Assembly: GCF_009834535.1 (NCBI RefSeq)
Contig: NC_045697.1
Span: 69,132,001 to 69,196,000 of the forward strand
Direction: 5' to 3'
DNA: 64,000 nucleotides
Origin: Camelus ferus
Lineage: Eukaryota
The translations under genes and the position numbers were made by a program. Shown in pieces: positions 12,101 to 26,400 of this stretch. The notes under the pieces are model-generated. The model had not been told where the DNA came from. It did not search any database and worked only from the letters and a program-made list of their open reading frames with translations. Each line of letters starts with the position of its first letter. Position 1 is the first letter of the stretch.

Positions 12101-15100
12101 TTCAAGAAGGACTCAAGTAAAAGTAAGAAATCTTGGAGTCCAAAATTTGGGTCTGGATAACACTAACAGCAGAAATAGATCTCAACCAGATGGGTATGTT
12201 TGGAGATTTGTTGAAGTGCTGTTGTCATATTCAGGTGACAGAGCTTTGGGATTCATGCACTTGAAAGTGATAGTTGACCCGTAGGCATAGAAGGAATAGA
12301 TAAAGGAAAGCATGAGGTAAACAGCCATATTTAGGATATATAACTGAAGGAGCTTGTGAAGAAGCACTGAAAGATTGGAGGAAAACAAGTTTCTTGTCAT
12401 GGATTCCAAAGAGTTGGATAGTCAACAGTGTCAGGTACTGCCAAGAAAAAAAAGTACTAAATTTTGATGATTTTGACTAACAGACATTCAGGTTTTAAAA
12501 AACATCTTTAAGTTGAGTCTTGTGGAGAAAGAAATCAAATCTCAGGGGCGATGGTGAGTAATGAGGAAATGAAGGGAAAGTATCGACTTTCTAAAAGTTT
12601 AATGAGAAAAGAGACAGTAGTGGTTTGTGGAAAGGGCTGCATTTTGAGTGTAATTAGAGTAGTGTAAACAGTAACATATTTGTTGGGCTAGAACCCTATG
12701 GACAAGGACAGAGTAAATTTCCTAGAAGGGATAATTAATGGTGAAGGATCATAGATGAAAAAAGAAGAAATGAAATCTTGAACCCGAGTAAACAGGATTG
12801 GTGTTTGAATGAGAAAGAACACTTCTGCCTTAGAGAAAAATGGCAGAATATATGTTAAAGTATTAAAAAAAAAAATTTAAGGTAGTACAGAGGGCATTCA
12901 AAAGAATGTTTCTTGCATGGCTTTCATCTTTGCAGTAAAGTAGAAGTCAGGCCCATTATTAATAAAATTCAGCAGCAAGGTGATGGTAGGAAACTTGTGG
13001 TGTGGGGGAAGAGTTCGGAACTTGCACGGTGGGGCATGTTATAAACAGTCATGAAGATATGGCTTTTTAAATAACAAAATGGTAATGAAGTTTTACTGTA
13101 GTTAGAGGTCTTGATTTGGCATTCATTTATTGGTGTGTGTTGTGCACTTAGAGTGTGTGCAGGCTAAGGAGTTATTTTGTACTTGAATGAGTTGACAGGA
13201 AAGAGCCACTGAAAATAACTTGAATTGGTATTTTCAGTTTCACAGAAGGATATAGTTTATATTGAAATGAAAAGAGAAGGGAGGCAGAGATATCAAGACG
13301 CCATTATAGTAGGCCAGGTATGCTGTGGCAAATAATGACTGCAGCAGGAAGAGTGAAATTAAATTTTAAAGTAAGATTGGATTGTTTATCGTCAGTTTGG
13401 TTGGTTCTTGCAAAGTACTTCACCAGATTTAAACAGTGTTAAATATTTAACTAATAACCCTTCAAATAGTTTATACTTTGAGGAACTATGATCTTTCCAG
13501 TTTTGTGTTTGATATTACATTCAGATCCCTTTTGTTTATTAAAATGATTTAAAAATCTAAGAATCTGTAAATTTTTACCTTAATAAAACTTGTGCAAAGA
13601 ACACATTATATAGCTGCTTTTTTCCAATGCTTAGTTAGCTATTAAGTATCATGTTTTAAAAAAGCTAATGCTTTGTTAAAGAGATGGAATTACACTTTTC
13701 AGGTAGTTGTGATCAATTTTATAGGTAAGGAAAGTGGAGGCAACATGTGAGGGAGCCTTGCACATGGCAAAAGTATTAATGATTTTTCTTTAGTTCAATA
13801 AGAAGTCATATATATTTTTTCCCCTTACTTTTACTTACCTTTGTTACCCTAATTGATCTGTTAAAGATAAACTCAAAGTATAGACACTTTAAACATAAAA
13901 TTTCTAGTCTGCTTAGTAAAACTTGGTTAATACATATTATCCTCTGCTATTCTTAATTGTGTTCTGTCTGGTTTTATTTTTCTATTTTTCTTTGTAAACA
14001 ACCTGAAGTACTGAAAACTTTCTCTGCTTTTAATCAGAGTTATCAATGCTATAAGTTTGGGATATTTTCCTTGGCTGGGAAGGAATATAAAAGATGAATA
14101 CTATTTATAGGTGAATAATCACATTCTTCTTGGTGAGTGGAACAGCACTTTTGAAAAATTGTGCTGTTACCAGTGTTCTAAATCGTAACTATATATATGT
14201 GTACACAATACATGTACATAATCTAGCATAGTTTATAAGTATGAAATAGTTTGATACAAAAGCATCTCATATTTAAAATAATTAGAATAAAATTTAATTT
14301 TGATCATGAGCAATTAGACTAATAAATTGGAGCAATAAATTATTTATGTTGTTAACTGAATAATGTTCAGAAGTCACTTAAGGTAATTTTATGATATAGT
14401 TGATGTTGATTAATAATTTGTTTATAGAAATACAGATATTCAATCTTTTGCTGATAATATAAAAATATAGGGAATAGTGTAGCTTCAGTGATTTCTTTAG
14501 CAAATGTATTGTGACTTATAGATGCTCTATTATTATATAAAGACTTTTCTGAAAAAATTAGAATTGTCAACAATTTTTACTGATGTGAGAAATTTATGGT
14601 CTATAAAATTTAATACTAACATCAGTAGGCACATCAAAGCTGTGTCCATTAAATGCTGCACTGTGACCTATTTTTAAGCTGCATCTGTGGATCTAGTGCT
14701 TTCCTCTCCTGATCCTGCTTTATAGATGTAAATATTTAAATATATTTGAAAATTGTCTGCTTTAAATAAAGGCAAAATTTAAACCTGAATGTAATACACA
14801 AAATTACAAGCTTTATACTTCTTTTTTGATATATGGGTCTTTAACAGTCATGGTGTTTATTTCATGACTCATCTTTATGATTTCACTGATGTAACATTTA
14901 TAGCTTTTGCATTTATATCTGGTCTTTCATGCATTTTACATGCACCTGGATGGTGAATAAGTTGTTTTCTGAATTTCAGAAAAGACGTTGATGGGTTTAA
15001 ATTTTTCATTTGAATGCTTAAAACATATTTGAATATGTCTGTGGTACATAATAGAAATTCTCTATTTTGACAAAATTAGATGGGGAAATATATGTACCAG

Positions 15101-15929
15101 AAGTTAATTTTCTTCCCTAGTATACTTCATAAATGTCTTTTGACTTTATCTTGAAAAACAATATAGGTGTGTCTATTAAGCAGCACCCTGCTCCAGGAAA
15201 GTAAAATAGCACCAGGCCAAATTAAAAGGCAATATATTTAAGAAGACTACAAAAAGTCCTTTATAATCATGCATATCAGAATAGCCAATATGTCTGACTT
15301 ACAAAAATATGACACCACATCTAATGATTTAGATCATTGACTACCAACTTGTTATCGGTAACAAATAGGATTATAGTTTTTGCAGGCTACCAACTTTCTT
15401 GAATATGAAGACCCTCTTTTTAGCACCAGAAATAATTGTTCCCCCCACCTTTGAGGATACAGCTCACATACAGTAATGACTGTACTTCCAAAATTTGTTT
15501 ATTAGGAAAATACATTTATACCATGTAGATTCAAAGGCTAGAATTTTTATACTGGAGGATAATCTTTGGTCATTTGCAAAACGCTTATTTTAAATCCAGT
15601 ATTATGATGCCAAAGATTGCAAATCAAAAGAGACATGCCACCATAGTAGAATAATAAACTAGCAAAGATTTAACCTGTTTCCTCTTCTTTTTTAATCAGC
15701 CTTCCATACGACATGGAAAAAATTATCTCTACTCAGTGAGATTAGAAATAGAAACATGACCTTATGTCATTGAAGATACGTATTTATGTTCCTGCTTATA
15801 GAAAGTCTCAGTGCCTACACCTTGGGTCATATGATTTGAATGTTTTTATTCCAGTAGTGATTATGAGTAAATCCCAGGGACTTCTCACTCTGTGCCTTTG
15901 TATTCTTTCATGTATGCATATGCAACAGA

Positions 15930-16740
15930 TATTTTAATCAACAAATATTGATTGAGGCCACTGTGTTCAGGGCATTGTGCCAGGTAATAGGGACTCCTAG
16001 ATCTTATTTCTAAGATTCCTATCTTTGTGGGTCTTGTACAGGAGGGAATAGATAATAAACAAGTAAATACTACAAATAGGAAGATATTTACAGATTATAA
16101 TAACTGATATCAAGGAAATAAATATGATGATGTAATGGAGAGTATCTGAAGGTGAAGAAAGTTCTCTCTGAGGGTGTTATTTGAGCTGTGGTCTAAGAAA
16201 TGGAATAAACTAGCTATTTAGAGAGAAGGGGAAGAATATTCCTTAGAGAAGTGTAGCAGTTGCAAAGCCCTGAGTGAGGAAAGAACTTGGTGTGTTCAAA
16301 GAACAGGAAGGAGACCAAGGTATACCTGAGATGCAGTGAACAGGGAGGGTGTTGTACAGTAAAGTGGAAGGAATAAATGAGACCTAGATCATAGAGAACC
16401 TTGTGGGCCATCCCAGATAATGACAAGCTATTAGAGGGGATCTGACATAGATTTTGAGAACATTACTCTTGGAGCTGCAAGAAAAGTGGTCTGAGAAGGA
16501 TGCAAGAGTTAAGAATGGAACTTGGACACCAGTTGTAAGACTTGTCCAGGAAATAGATAACGACTTGGATTAGGTCTGTGATGGTGAGGATAAGGGGCAT
16601 CAGAAGAACTGGGGAAATGTTTAGAGTTGTGGATGTATCAGGAATGAGGGGAAGGGAGAAGTCAAGATTGATTCTTAGATTTGGGGCTTGAGCAGCTGCA
16701 CAGAGGATGAGGCAGTCTACGGATAAAGGAAAGAACAGAG
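15930..16740 (-). mobile_element. L2 LINE 3' fragment
   Basis: Starts with an L2 tail (tcaacaaatattgattgaggccactgtgttcagggcattgtgccagg), then tgcaaagccctgagtgaggaaagaacttggtgtgttcaaagaacaggaaggagacca. Confidence 0.8.
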
Positions 16741-17049
16741 GGTTATTTTGTTGTGTTTTTCTGAGTTTTGTGATTGCTGCTTAGTTTTATTTTATTTTAT
16801 TTTGCTGGTGACAGTAGTAAATCTGAGTTTCTTAATAGAGATATGCAGTATAAAAATGGCAGGCGAGCAATTTCTGTATCTTCATATTCTTACACGCTTT
16901 GGGGATAAACATTCAACAATTTTAAATAATTTCTCATGTTAGCAAAATGTTCAGATGTTACTTGGATAGAATATGTAGATTCAAGGAACTATGAAAAATG
17001 AGAAAGCTTAAGAGAAATAAGCCACCTAGACTTTATAAAATTTTTAAAT

Positions 17050-17200
17050 AGAATGGACTTTCAGAAGTCATCTAATCCACCCCTTCCAAATTTTACAGAT
17101 AAGGAAACTGAGGCCTGAGAGTTCAAATGACTTTTCAGGATCAACAACTAAATTGGTGATAGTTTGAACTATAATTCATGTCTCTAATTCATTTTCTCTA
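17050..17200 (-). mobile_element. MIR-family SINE
   Basis: Diagnostic core ttttacagataaggaaactgaggcctgagagttcaaatgactt. Confidence 0.8.
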
Positions 17201-18682
17201 AGTACTATAACTGAAGAAGTTATCACTTTGATAAATATGTCAGTACTTCATCCAGTACCTTTATGGTTCAATATTCATTGTTCAGCTCTTAGAATTGCAG
17301 ATACAGGAATATATTGTAATAATCTTACTAAAAGCTAATCCTAAACCTATATTTTGTTTAATCTGTTATTAGTCACAAAAGTAAAATTTACCTCATTTGC
17401 AAGAAGGTGGAGCAGAACCAAGTGATTAAGGAAAAGCTTTTCACATTTTTCCAAATTTGAGAACTTCATGTAAAAAAGTATGTGTGTGTACATGCTTTAT
17501 CATGCTTGAGCCTTTGTTCTTGTCACTTCCACTAAATGTAGAGTGTGTGAAATACTGACTTCTCTTTTTATTTATTGGGAAATAAAGAACATTTGGACTT
17601 GATCAGGATTTTTAGTAAAACTAAGGAAATACAGTTAAAAATCTGAGAGTTTTACTATTCTTGATAAATCAGCTAGAAAACCATAGGTAAACTCTTCAAG
17701 TTTTCAGACAAATATCTACTGCTTTATACTATTTTTTCTGCACACAAGGCATATAGATAATAAAAATTAAAATTATACTGTTCTTACTAATTTGCTTGAA
17801 TAAATTCTTTTCTTACATATCTTAATAAATATTTTAAATTCAGTTTTATTCAACTGTTGCTGATTGATACACACTTTTAAATTTCTCTAATTTATTGCTA
17901 TAGCAAAGTGAGCTTTTCTATTTAGTAGCTCTCTAACATAGAATTATTTCTCATACTGTGCTCCAAAATAAATAAATCTGAGTTTAAAGCAGCAAAACCA
18001 TAATAACATGTCAAATTAGCAGCAAAAAAAGCTCCTGAGTAACCTGAAAAACCTTCCTAAAATAAGCAGTGATAAAAGAACACGTTCTTTTCTTTGGACA
18101 GCTTGTTATTTAAGTGAAAACCAGGTGATGGTTGTTTTTTTTCTCTCTCTTTCTTCCACATAATATATGGCTCAGTTAAGTATTTAATATATGTTATTTG
18201 TATCACCTAATCTTTATTAGACCAGATCAGTATTGTATAGTGCTTTATAATAAAAGGAAGAAATGAAGATATACCAAATTATTTTTCAGATTGATATATA
18301 TTTCATGAAGCCAAAACTGAATGAAAATCAGGCAATTTTTTAAAAGTAATTTGATGTTAAAATTGACTGACTAACAACCAAGCCGCTAGGTGAAAATATT
18401 TAATGATTTCTGAGCATGGAATCAATTGTCTCATTCTTGCATGAAGGTCTACTACATATTGTAAAATTAATTAGGAGAGTTATACATTAAAAGCTAATGA
18501 GGCTAATGCTTTTCTATAGTGTATACATTGATTTTGGAGGAGAAGCCCTATGCTTACCTAGATCTGAGGCTAAGGTTTCACTTCAATTTAATATACATTT
18601 ATTTAAGTACCTCTTATGCTCAGGAATACATACGTTGTCCTTTCTTTTGAGAATTTCTGACTTTTACAGTATTTGAGAACTT

Positions 18683-19565
18683 AAAAAAATATTTTATTGA
18701 AGTACAGTCAGTTACAATGTATCAATTTCTGGTATACAGGATAATGTCTCAATCATACATATACATACATATATTCATTTTCATATTCTTTTTCATTAAA
18801 GGTTATTATAAAATATTGAATATTAGTTCCGTGTACTATACATAAGAAATTTTTTAAAATCTGTTTTTATATATAGTGGCTAACATTTTTCAAACTCCCA
18901 GATTTATCCCTTCCCACCCTCTTTCCCCCGGTAACCATAAGATTGTTTACTATATTGGGATCTGTTTCTGTTTTGTAGATGAGATCATTAGTGTCCTCAT
19001 TTTCCTTTTCTTTTTTTTTTTTTTTAGATTCCATATATGAGTGATATCATATGGTATTTTTCTTTGTCTTTCTGGCTTACTTCACTTAGAATGACCACTT
19101 AGAATGACAATCTCTAGGTCCATCGATGTTGCTGCAAATGGCATTGTTTGTTTCCTTTTTATGACTGAGTAGTACTCCATTGTATAAATATACCTCAACT
19201 TCTTTATCCAGTCATCTGTTGATGGACATTTAGATTGCTTCCATGTCTTGGCTATTGTATATGGTGCTGCTGTGAACATTGGGGTGCGTGTATCTTTTTG
19301 AATTAGAGTTCCCTCCAGATATATACCAAGCAGTGGGATTGCTGGATCACATGGTAATTTTTTTAGTCTATTTTTAGTTTTTTGAGGAATCTCCATACCA
19401 TTTTCCATAATGGCTGCACCAAACTACATTCCCACCAGCAGTGTAGCTGGGTCCCCTTTTCTGCGCACTCTCTCCAGCATTTATTGTTTGTGGACTTTTT
19501 TATGTTGGCCATTCTGAGTGGTGTGAGGTGATACCTCATTGTAGTTTTGATTTGCATTTCTCTGA
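18683..19565 (-). mobile_element. Young 5'-truncated L1 (3' UTR plus ORF2 C-terminus), antisense to the gene
   Basis: ORFs 19363..19557 ([23 protein letters not shown]) and 19082..19408 (PAIPLLGIY..KCPSTDDWIKK) are the L1 ORF2 cysteine-rich C-terminus. Candidate TSD tgagaactt at 18674-18682 and 19563-19571. Confidence 0.93.
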
Positions 19566-19629
19566 GAACTTCTTAAATATAACTTTTCAGTGGCACATCA
19601 CATTCTTTTAACTGTAATATTGCTCAATA

Positions 19630-20170
19630 ACCATATACTCATAAACATACATCTACTATAAGATCCAGCTATTCAATTTCCAGATATTTAACCAAAAACT
19701 TGTACATCAACATTCAGTGCAGCCATATTCACAGTAGGTCCAAACTAGAACCATCCCAAATGTCTTACCAATGTAGGTGAACAGATTTTTAAAAAATTGA
19801 GACACACAGTGGAATATTGTTCAGCAGTAAAGAATAAACCACTTGCATTCCTGAAACTGTGTATGAATCTCAAAAGCATTAGGCTGAGATAAAGAACCTA
19901 GACATAAAAGAATACATACTATATCCATACTATATGAATATATGTCTAATGCAAACTAATTTAAAGTGACAGAAAACAGTGGTTGTTTGGGCCAGGGTGG
20001 AGGGAAAGATGGCCTGCAAAGGGACATGAGGAATCTTTTGATTGTGATGAAATGCTTTGTATCTTGATGGTATTGGTAGTTTCTAGGGTGGACAGAGTTG
20101 TCAAAACTCATTGATTATATATTTTAAATCTATGTAGTTTATTTTACATAAATTTTTCCTCAATAGAGTT
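19630..20170 (+). mobile_element. Old L1M (L1ME/MB-like) 3' end
   Basis: ccaaactagaaccatcccaaatgtc...gtatgaatctcaaaagcattaggctgag...gtcaaaactcattgattatatattttaaa. Confidence 0.75.
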
Positions 20171-20999
20171 GGTAAGGAAGGGAATCCAGTCAGAATCTAA
20201 ACAAAACAGTACATAGTTTTTTTGTTTTTAATACACATAATAAATGCCAGTAAGGACTTGAAAGACATTCTGGGAACAATGAGCATGAATCTTTTTCTAA
20301 CCCTTCTGGGTAAAATTTATTTATTTGTGCTTTCATTGTACTCTGAAAACTTAATTGTTTTTACTGCTTAAATATTTTTATTCATGCTTTTCTCTCCTGA
20401 ACTGTGAATTATTTATCTTTGTATTGTCCAAACCTACCTCAGTATGTGAAGCATCATAGATATCCCTGAAATAGTCAGAATCGATGCTATTTTGGCCCCA
20501 GGTCTTAAAATACTTTAGTTAAACTGAGTATGTAATTTATATCATTAATCAGTAGTTTAAGGAACTATTACTCCTATTAAATAAGATTTAATTTAGATTA
20601 CAGATGAGCAAAAGAAAACTTTAATTTTACTGTATAAATCTACCTGTTATTATGGATTCATAATTTATAGATCTTAGGTGAATATGCTTATGTTTATCAT
20701 GAACAATTTAATTTCTGTGAAGTTTTATTTAAACCTACTTTCTCATTTTTCCTCCATCTGTTTCTCTAGAGAGGTATATATTCTCTTCTCTGTGCTTCCA
20801 TAACACCCTATAAAAAAAAAACTGTATTGAAGCTTTTATTTTGTTTACTGTTCTATCTTCCTCACTGAAATAGAAACTCTGTAAAAGTAAGGCCTTCTTG
20901 TACTCCTGTTTATATCCACTTTGCCTGACATAAAGGCTAAGTTAATATTAATAAGTGTCTGTTCTATAATTGAATGTGTCATTTTTCCTTGGGTAAATT

Positions 21000-22500
21000 G
21001 AGTAATTTTTATTTCTCGCATTTATCTTCATTATTGGCTTTTTATACATTTAAAAAAATTTTTAGTGGTAACCCATATATATCTTTAACTTATCAGAGTT
21101 TACCATCAAATATTATATCACATATGGTTTAATAATCTTTATAACTGTGTACTTCCAATTCCACTGTCCCATCCTTTGTGCTATTATAGTCATATATTTC
21201 GTTTTTACATATGTTAGAAACCCTGCAATATATTGTTGTTATTTATACTTTAGACAGTCAGTTATTTTTAAAAACAGGAGAAAAACTTTTTATATTTACT
21301 TTGATTTTTATCATTTTTACTCTCCCTCATTTCTTTGGGTAGATTCAAATTTTTGTCTAGTATTGTACACTTTCTGCCTGAAAAAAATTTGTTTAACAGG
21401 CTTTTTTTTTTCTTTTAATACTTAAGAGGTGTTTTTACATTGTTTTCTAGCTTGCATAGTTTTAGATGAGAATTCTGCTGTATTTTAGTTTTGCTATTCC
21501 AAATATAAATTTTCCCCCACTCTGGCTGCCTGTAAAAGATTCTCTCTCTCTTTTTTTTTTTTTTTTTTTTTAATTTTTCAGCAGCTTGGCTTTTTGGTCT
21601 GTTTTTGTTTTGTTTTCTTTGCTGGGGGGTAAAGGTGGCCCCTAAACTTTTTAGATTTGTAGCATGATGTCTTTCATTATTTTTGGAAAATTCTCAGCTG
21701 TTAACTCTTTAAATATCTCTTCTACGCTGTTCTCAATTGCTTCTCTTTCTGAGATTCCAATTACACCTATGTTAGATCATTTGCTATTTTCTCTCAGTTC
21801 TTAGGTTCTTTGGGGTTTCCCCCCTCTTTTTGTCTTTTTTTGTTTTAATTTTTATTGTTTCTATTGATCTACAAGTTCACTGAGTCTCTGGTTTTATTGA
21901 GTCTACTGTTCAGCCTTTTGAAATAATTCATCTTTGATATTATCTTTCATTTGTGGCATCTCCATTTAACTCTTATAGTTGCCATTTCTCTGCAAAATTC
22001 CACATCTGTTCATGGATTTTAAAGTCTCTGTTAATTCTAACATCTGGGTCACCTGTGAGTCTCATTCTAATGATTGATTTACCTCTTGACTGTGGTTTTT
22101 TGTTTTTGTTTTTTTTTTCCTCTTTCAAAAATGCATCTCTTAATTTTTTATCAAATGCTGGACATTGTGGAAAAAATGGTAGAGATTAACAATATTTAAT
22201 CACTATAAATAAGCACACTTCCTTTTATTTCAGGCAGTTAGTAAGGGATGTACTTCCAGCCAATCTAGTCATAAGTTGAGCTGGGTTCATGTTTTGCTTT
22301 TGATAACTTTATTTCAGTGCTGTAGTTTTCAAAACTTTAATAGTGGGCTGTTCTTATTCTGTGCTTAGAGTAAGGGTGCTGGAGGACTCTTTATGGTGTT
22401 CCTGCTTTCTCTTCAGCCTTTAGCCATTCATGCATGCCTGTACCACAAGGAGATTCTCTCCATCTCTGGTTCCTTTCCCCAAAATAGAGTGCTATTGACA
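21000..22500 (-). mobile_element. Old L1M 5'/ORF1 region, antisense
   Basis: T-rich; ttttggaaaattctcagctg...tctgagattccaattacacctatgttagat is typical of reversed L1M ORF1. Confidence 0.65.
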
Positions 22501-22916
22501 AGCACTATGCAGAACATCCATCACTATTGTTTTTTAGTCTATAAAGGAAAAGCCCATTTCTAAAAATTTTGGTGCTAAGTAGAAAAAAAATTCAGAGATA
22601 GATTAATTAGGAAAGAAGCTGTAATTTTCCTTTGGTTATACCCATATCATAGTTGCTACAGTGACTAGATAATTAAATAAATAAACAAATAATTAAAACC
22701 ATATATTGATTAAATAATTAAATGTCTTATATTATTGATTAAGTAATTAATGTCCTATATTAATCATACTTGAGATATGTTATTATTAGTAAACTGAAAA
22801 CTGTAAAAGTTCTGTGAGATGTATAAAATCTGAATATATATTTAAGGCTTACTTAATGTCAAATATTCTTTTTTTTTTTTTAGTAGGAATATATTTCACG
22901 TTGTTTATGTAGAGGA

Positions 22917-23403
22917 GTGTGTTAGTTTCCTAGTGCTCCTGTAACAAAGTACCACAAACCTAAAGCAACAGAATGTATTAAGACAACAGAGTGGCTTAAA
23001 ACAATAGAAATTTATTATTTTACGGTTGTGGAGGCTGTATCCAAAATCAAGTATCAGTAGGACCATGCTCCCTTTAAACCTGTAAGCAAAGAGGCATCCC
23101 CCCCCTTTTTTTTCCCTGGCTCTTCCAAGCTCCTGGTGGCATCAGAAATTCCTTATAGCAGCAAATTCCAGTGTCTGCTGCCTTCATTCACATGGCTGTC
23201 TTCCCCTTTTGTGTTTTCATATCTTCACATGGCATTCTCTCTGCATCTCTCTTTTCTTTTTATAAGAATACCAGTTACATTGGACCCTACTCCATACTCA
23301 TCTTAACTGATCTCTCTGCAGTGATCCTATTTCCAAATAAAGTCTAAAGTACTGGAAGTTAGAATTTGAACATATATTTTTGGGAGACACAGTTCAGTAA
23401 ACA
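22917..23403 (-). mobile_element. ERVL-MaLR solo LTR (MLT1B/C-like)
   Basis: tgtgttagtttcctagtgctcctgtaacaaagtaccacaaac...ggcttaaaacaatagaaatttatt...cctatttccaaataaagtc...gggagacacagttca. Confidence 0.85.
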
Positions 23404-26400
23404 GGAATGATCATGTCTGTGCCTCAAAAGCATACTCCTATATCACTAGCATTATTTCAAACAGGTAAAGATACTAAACTAATGAGCCTAAAAGGCAGGC
23501 TAAGAATGTACTCACGAGTAAACCTCTGTGTCATACATTTGTGTTTTAAATTTATAGGAAGAATTTTGATATTTGATTCCTTTTCAATTCAGGCAAATTT
23601 AAAGATAGCCAGTAATGTTTCTAAAAATCACATTTTAATGAAAATGTTTACAAACTCCATCCTGTTTACTCCTCATTTGGAGCATTATTCTTGCAAAATT
23701 CTGGTAAACTAAGAAATTAAATCATTTCCTTAACTCAGCAATGGTATAGTTTGGGGATTTTCGATAATATTTTTCATTTAGCTTTCTAAGACATCTGAAT
23801 TTCACATGTGACTGGCATTCAGTGAAAACTTAATGGGCTTTTTGAAGATTCAAATCTAGGATTCTATTCTCAGTTATAGCTTAGTATTGACTAAAAAGTC
23901 TCAGAATAGTTTTCGTGTCCCTGCATTTAAAATGAATCTAATTTATGTTGCCTATTGTTTTTAAATCCTTGCTTGGTATATGTTACACATTTTCAAATCT
24001 TATTATAATAAAGTATTTATTTTTAGAGGTTAAAAAGTGGCATAATAGTGGAGTTTGAAGGGGAAAAAATGATGAATGTGATTAAAATAAATTTTATTGT
24101 GGCATCTTTGTAATGCTATCACTTTTTTCCAAGCTAACACTAGTAAGGACTTAAGTTATAATTGTTTTGACTTTAAACATCTATTCTGAATCACCTTTCT
24201 GTTCACTAAGAAAAAGCACATCAAAAATTATTATTTCTAGACAGTATAATCTTTCAGAGCTCAGCTTTCCAGCTTAGCTTGTAAAAAGAATTTTTATTTG
24301 CCATCAGTCTTTGTAGTTTCTAGTAATATTTACTTGGGAAAAATAAAGATAGTACCTGAATTATATAGAAAGCTGAAGCAGCAGAATTTAACATATTAAA
24401 AAACCCTACACAGCATATAAGTACTCCTGTGTGCACAACATGGACAAAGTAGAAATTGAAGTCATGTCAAGCTAAAAAGAAGTTCAGCAGTATTGTGCTC
24501 CTGCTCCCCCCTCCCCCCTTTTCCAGATTGGAATTTGACATCAACAGAGGTTAAGAGGCTTTCTTATGGTCAAACTTTACAAAACTCCAAATTTAAAGAC
24601 CTTATTATAGTTACTTCATAAGTCATTACCTCAATGATAATTAGTTTTTAAATATTATAAAGCTTCTACTTTACCTACTTGAAATTCTTAAGTTTAACAT
24701 GTCAAATTTTAGGTAACAAAGAAATCTAATTCCTGCTCCAACCACCAGGACTAGTCCTAGTATTTCATTGTTAAATGTTTTTTCCATTTGGGTTTGCATC
24801 TTTGGTGTGTCTACAACTTTGTTTACTCAAAGAAGAAAGTCTTACCTTCTGTTGAAAATAAATCTTCTCATTTTCTTTTCTTTAGCCTTAATTAGCTATA
24901 TTGAGTTTTAATTACAGTATGAGATACTGAAAGTGATTGGGGAAAAATGCATCTGATACTAGGTCTGACAGTGAAGAGGGTGAAAAAGTGAGGAAGATTG
25001 TATCTGATGTCATCTTTTTTCTCTGTAAAGTAGGAAGCATGGTTTCTGTTAAGAGTACAGAAATTGGAAAAGGGAGGGGCTTTAAAAGTTTTGACTATTT
25101 GGATGGGTCATGGTGGGTAGTGTGACAGGAATGTGTGAAAAGATGTGCAGCATAGTTTAAAGGCTTGTCTTTGCTTATAAGGCCTATAATTTTTACAAAG
25201 TTAAAGATTGTACAATTTGTTCATTCTTTGCTGTGGTTCTAATTATTGTTAGTTAAAGCACATTTTCTCAAAGATTTGGAAATTTCTCACTATCAAAATG
25301 GATCTCAGTGAACGGATGTGTGACTCTTCATGAGTTTTGATATGGATATGAAAATTGTGTTATTGTACTGTGCCTTTTTAATCTCTTAACCAGTTATATG
25401 TGTAATAGGTTTTGTCTAAAAACTTCTATTTAGCAGGCATTTTGGACAGCTGCTGTTTAATGTAGATTGGTCTTAGTATTTAAATTCATGGATACCCTAA
25501 AAAGATATTTGGGGAGTAAGATACCAAAGGACTTTTCAGAAATGAATCTTTAAAAAAGATTCTTGATTGACACCAAGACAGTGTTACTGTCTTTTTGAAC
25601 AAAATGGCAAAGGTATTTCAATATACCTTTTTTGTATTTAATGAGGGAACATTGAATTAGAATTCAGATTTCCCAAGTTTTAGTTCTGAACGCTAGTATT
25701 TAATCATCATGATTTCTTTAAGCAAAGTCTGAGTTGAAACATGAGGAAAAAGAAATATGATTTAAAATTTATCTTCTTAATTTACTTATTATTTCTTAAG
25801 TACATTTACAGTGAAAGTCATTTGTATCTATCTGCTCAGTGCCGTAGCTTTAATTTTGGCTATTGGTAACCCTGGAAAACCTTTGTAGCTCTGTGCTGCA
25901 TACCATCTTATTAATGCCAAACACTCTAGCACTTACTGTAATGTGTGTGTGCAGCCTGTGCAGAGCCAGCATCATTAATTAACAATTGCAGCGTGTTTGT
26001 GCAGGATGCTCTTACACAAAACACAGTGAAGCAGTGCACAAATCCATGACAGTGTAACATGTTAAAGATGAACTCTTTAAGTCACTAAAACTTCTTTGAA
26101 AACACAAAAGGTATTCGTTCAATAGTATCTCCACAACATGTAATTTTCTCATGTTTCTCAGTGTTAATTTTTAACAAAATTTAGATGAAAGCTTATTAGT
26201 GTGATCAGCTCCTGCAGTTTATTCCTCTTGTATAGATACAATTTTCTAAGGTGCTACCTCATAATCATCACCACAGAAACCACTCCTGATGTCACAAAGG
26301 ATTATTACTTCTGGTGGGAAATAAGTAGTTTGAGCAGATGGATGCATAAGGAATGAAGATCTTATTATTACACAAACAATTAGAGGGTGAGAGGAAAATA

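Larger units (their letters stand above)
11300..13000 (-). mobile_element. Highly decayed L2 fragments, interrupted by a MER5-like element (~11730-11950) and a GT/GA microsatellite
   Basis: Purine-rich L2-like blocks (cagattgcagaaggccttg...tgggagccattgaaggtatttgagc; tcatggattccaaagag...caacagtgtcaggtactgc). Confidence 0.55.
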
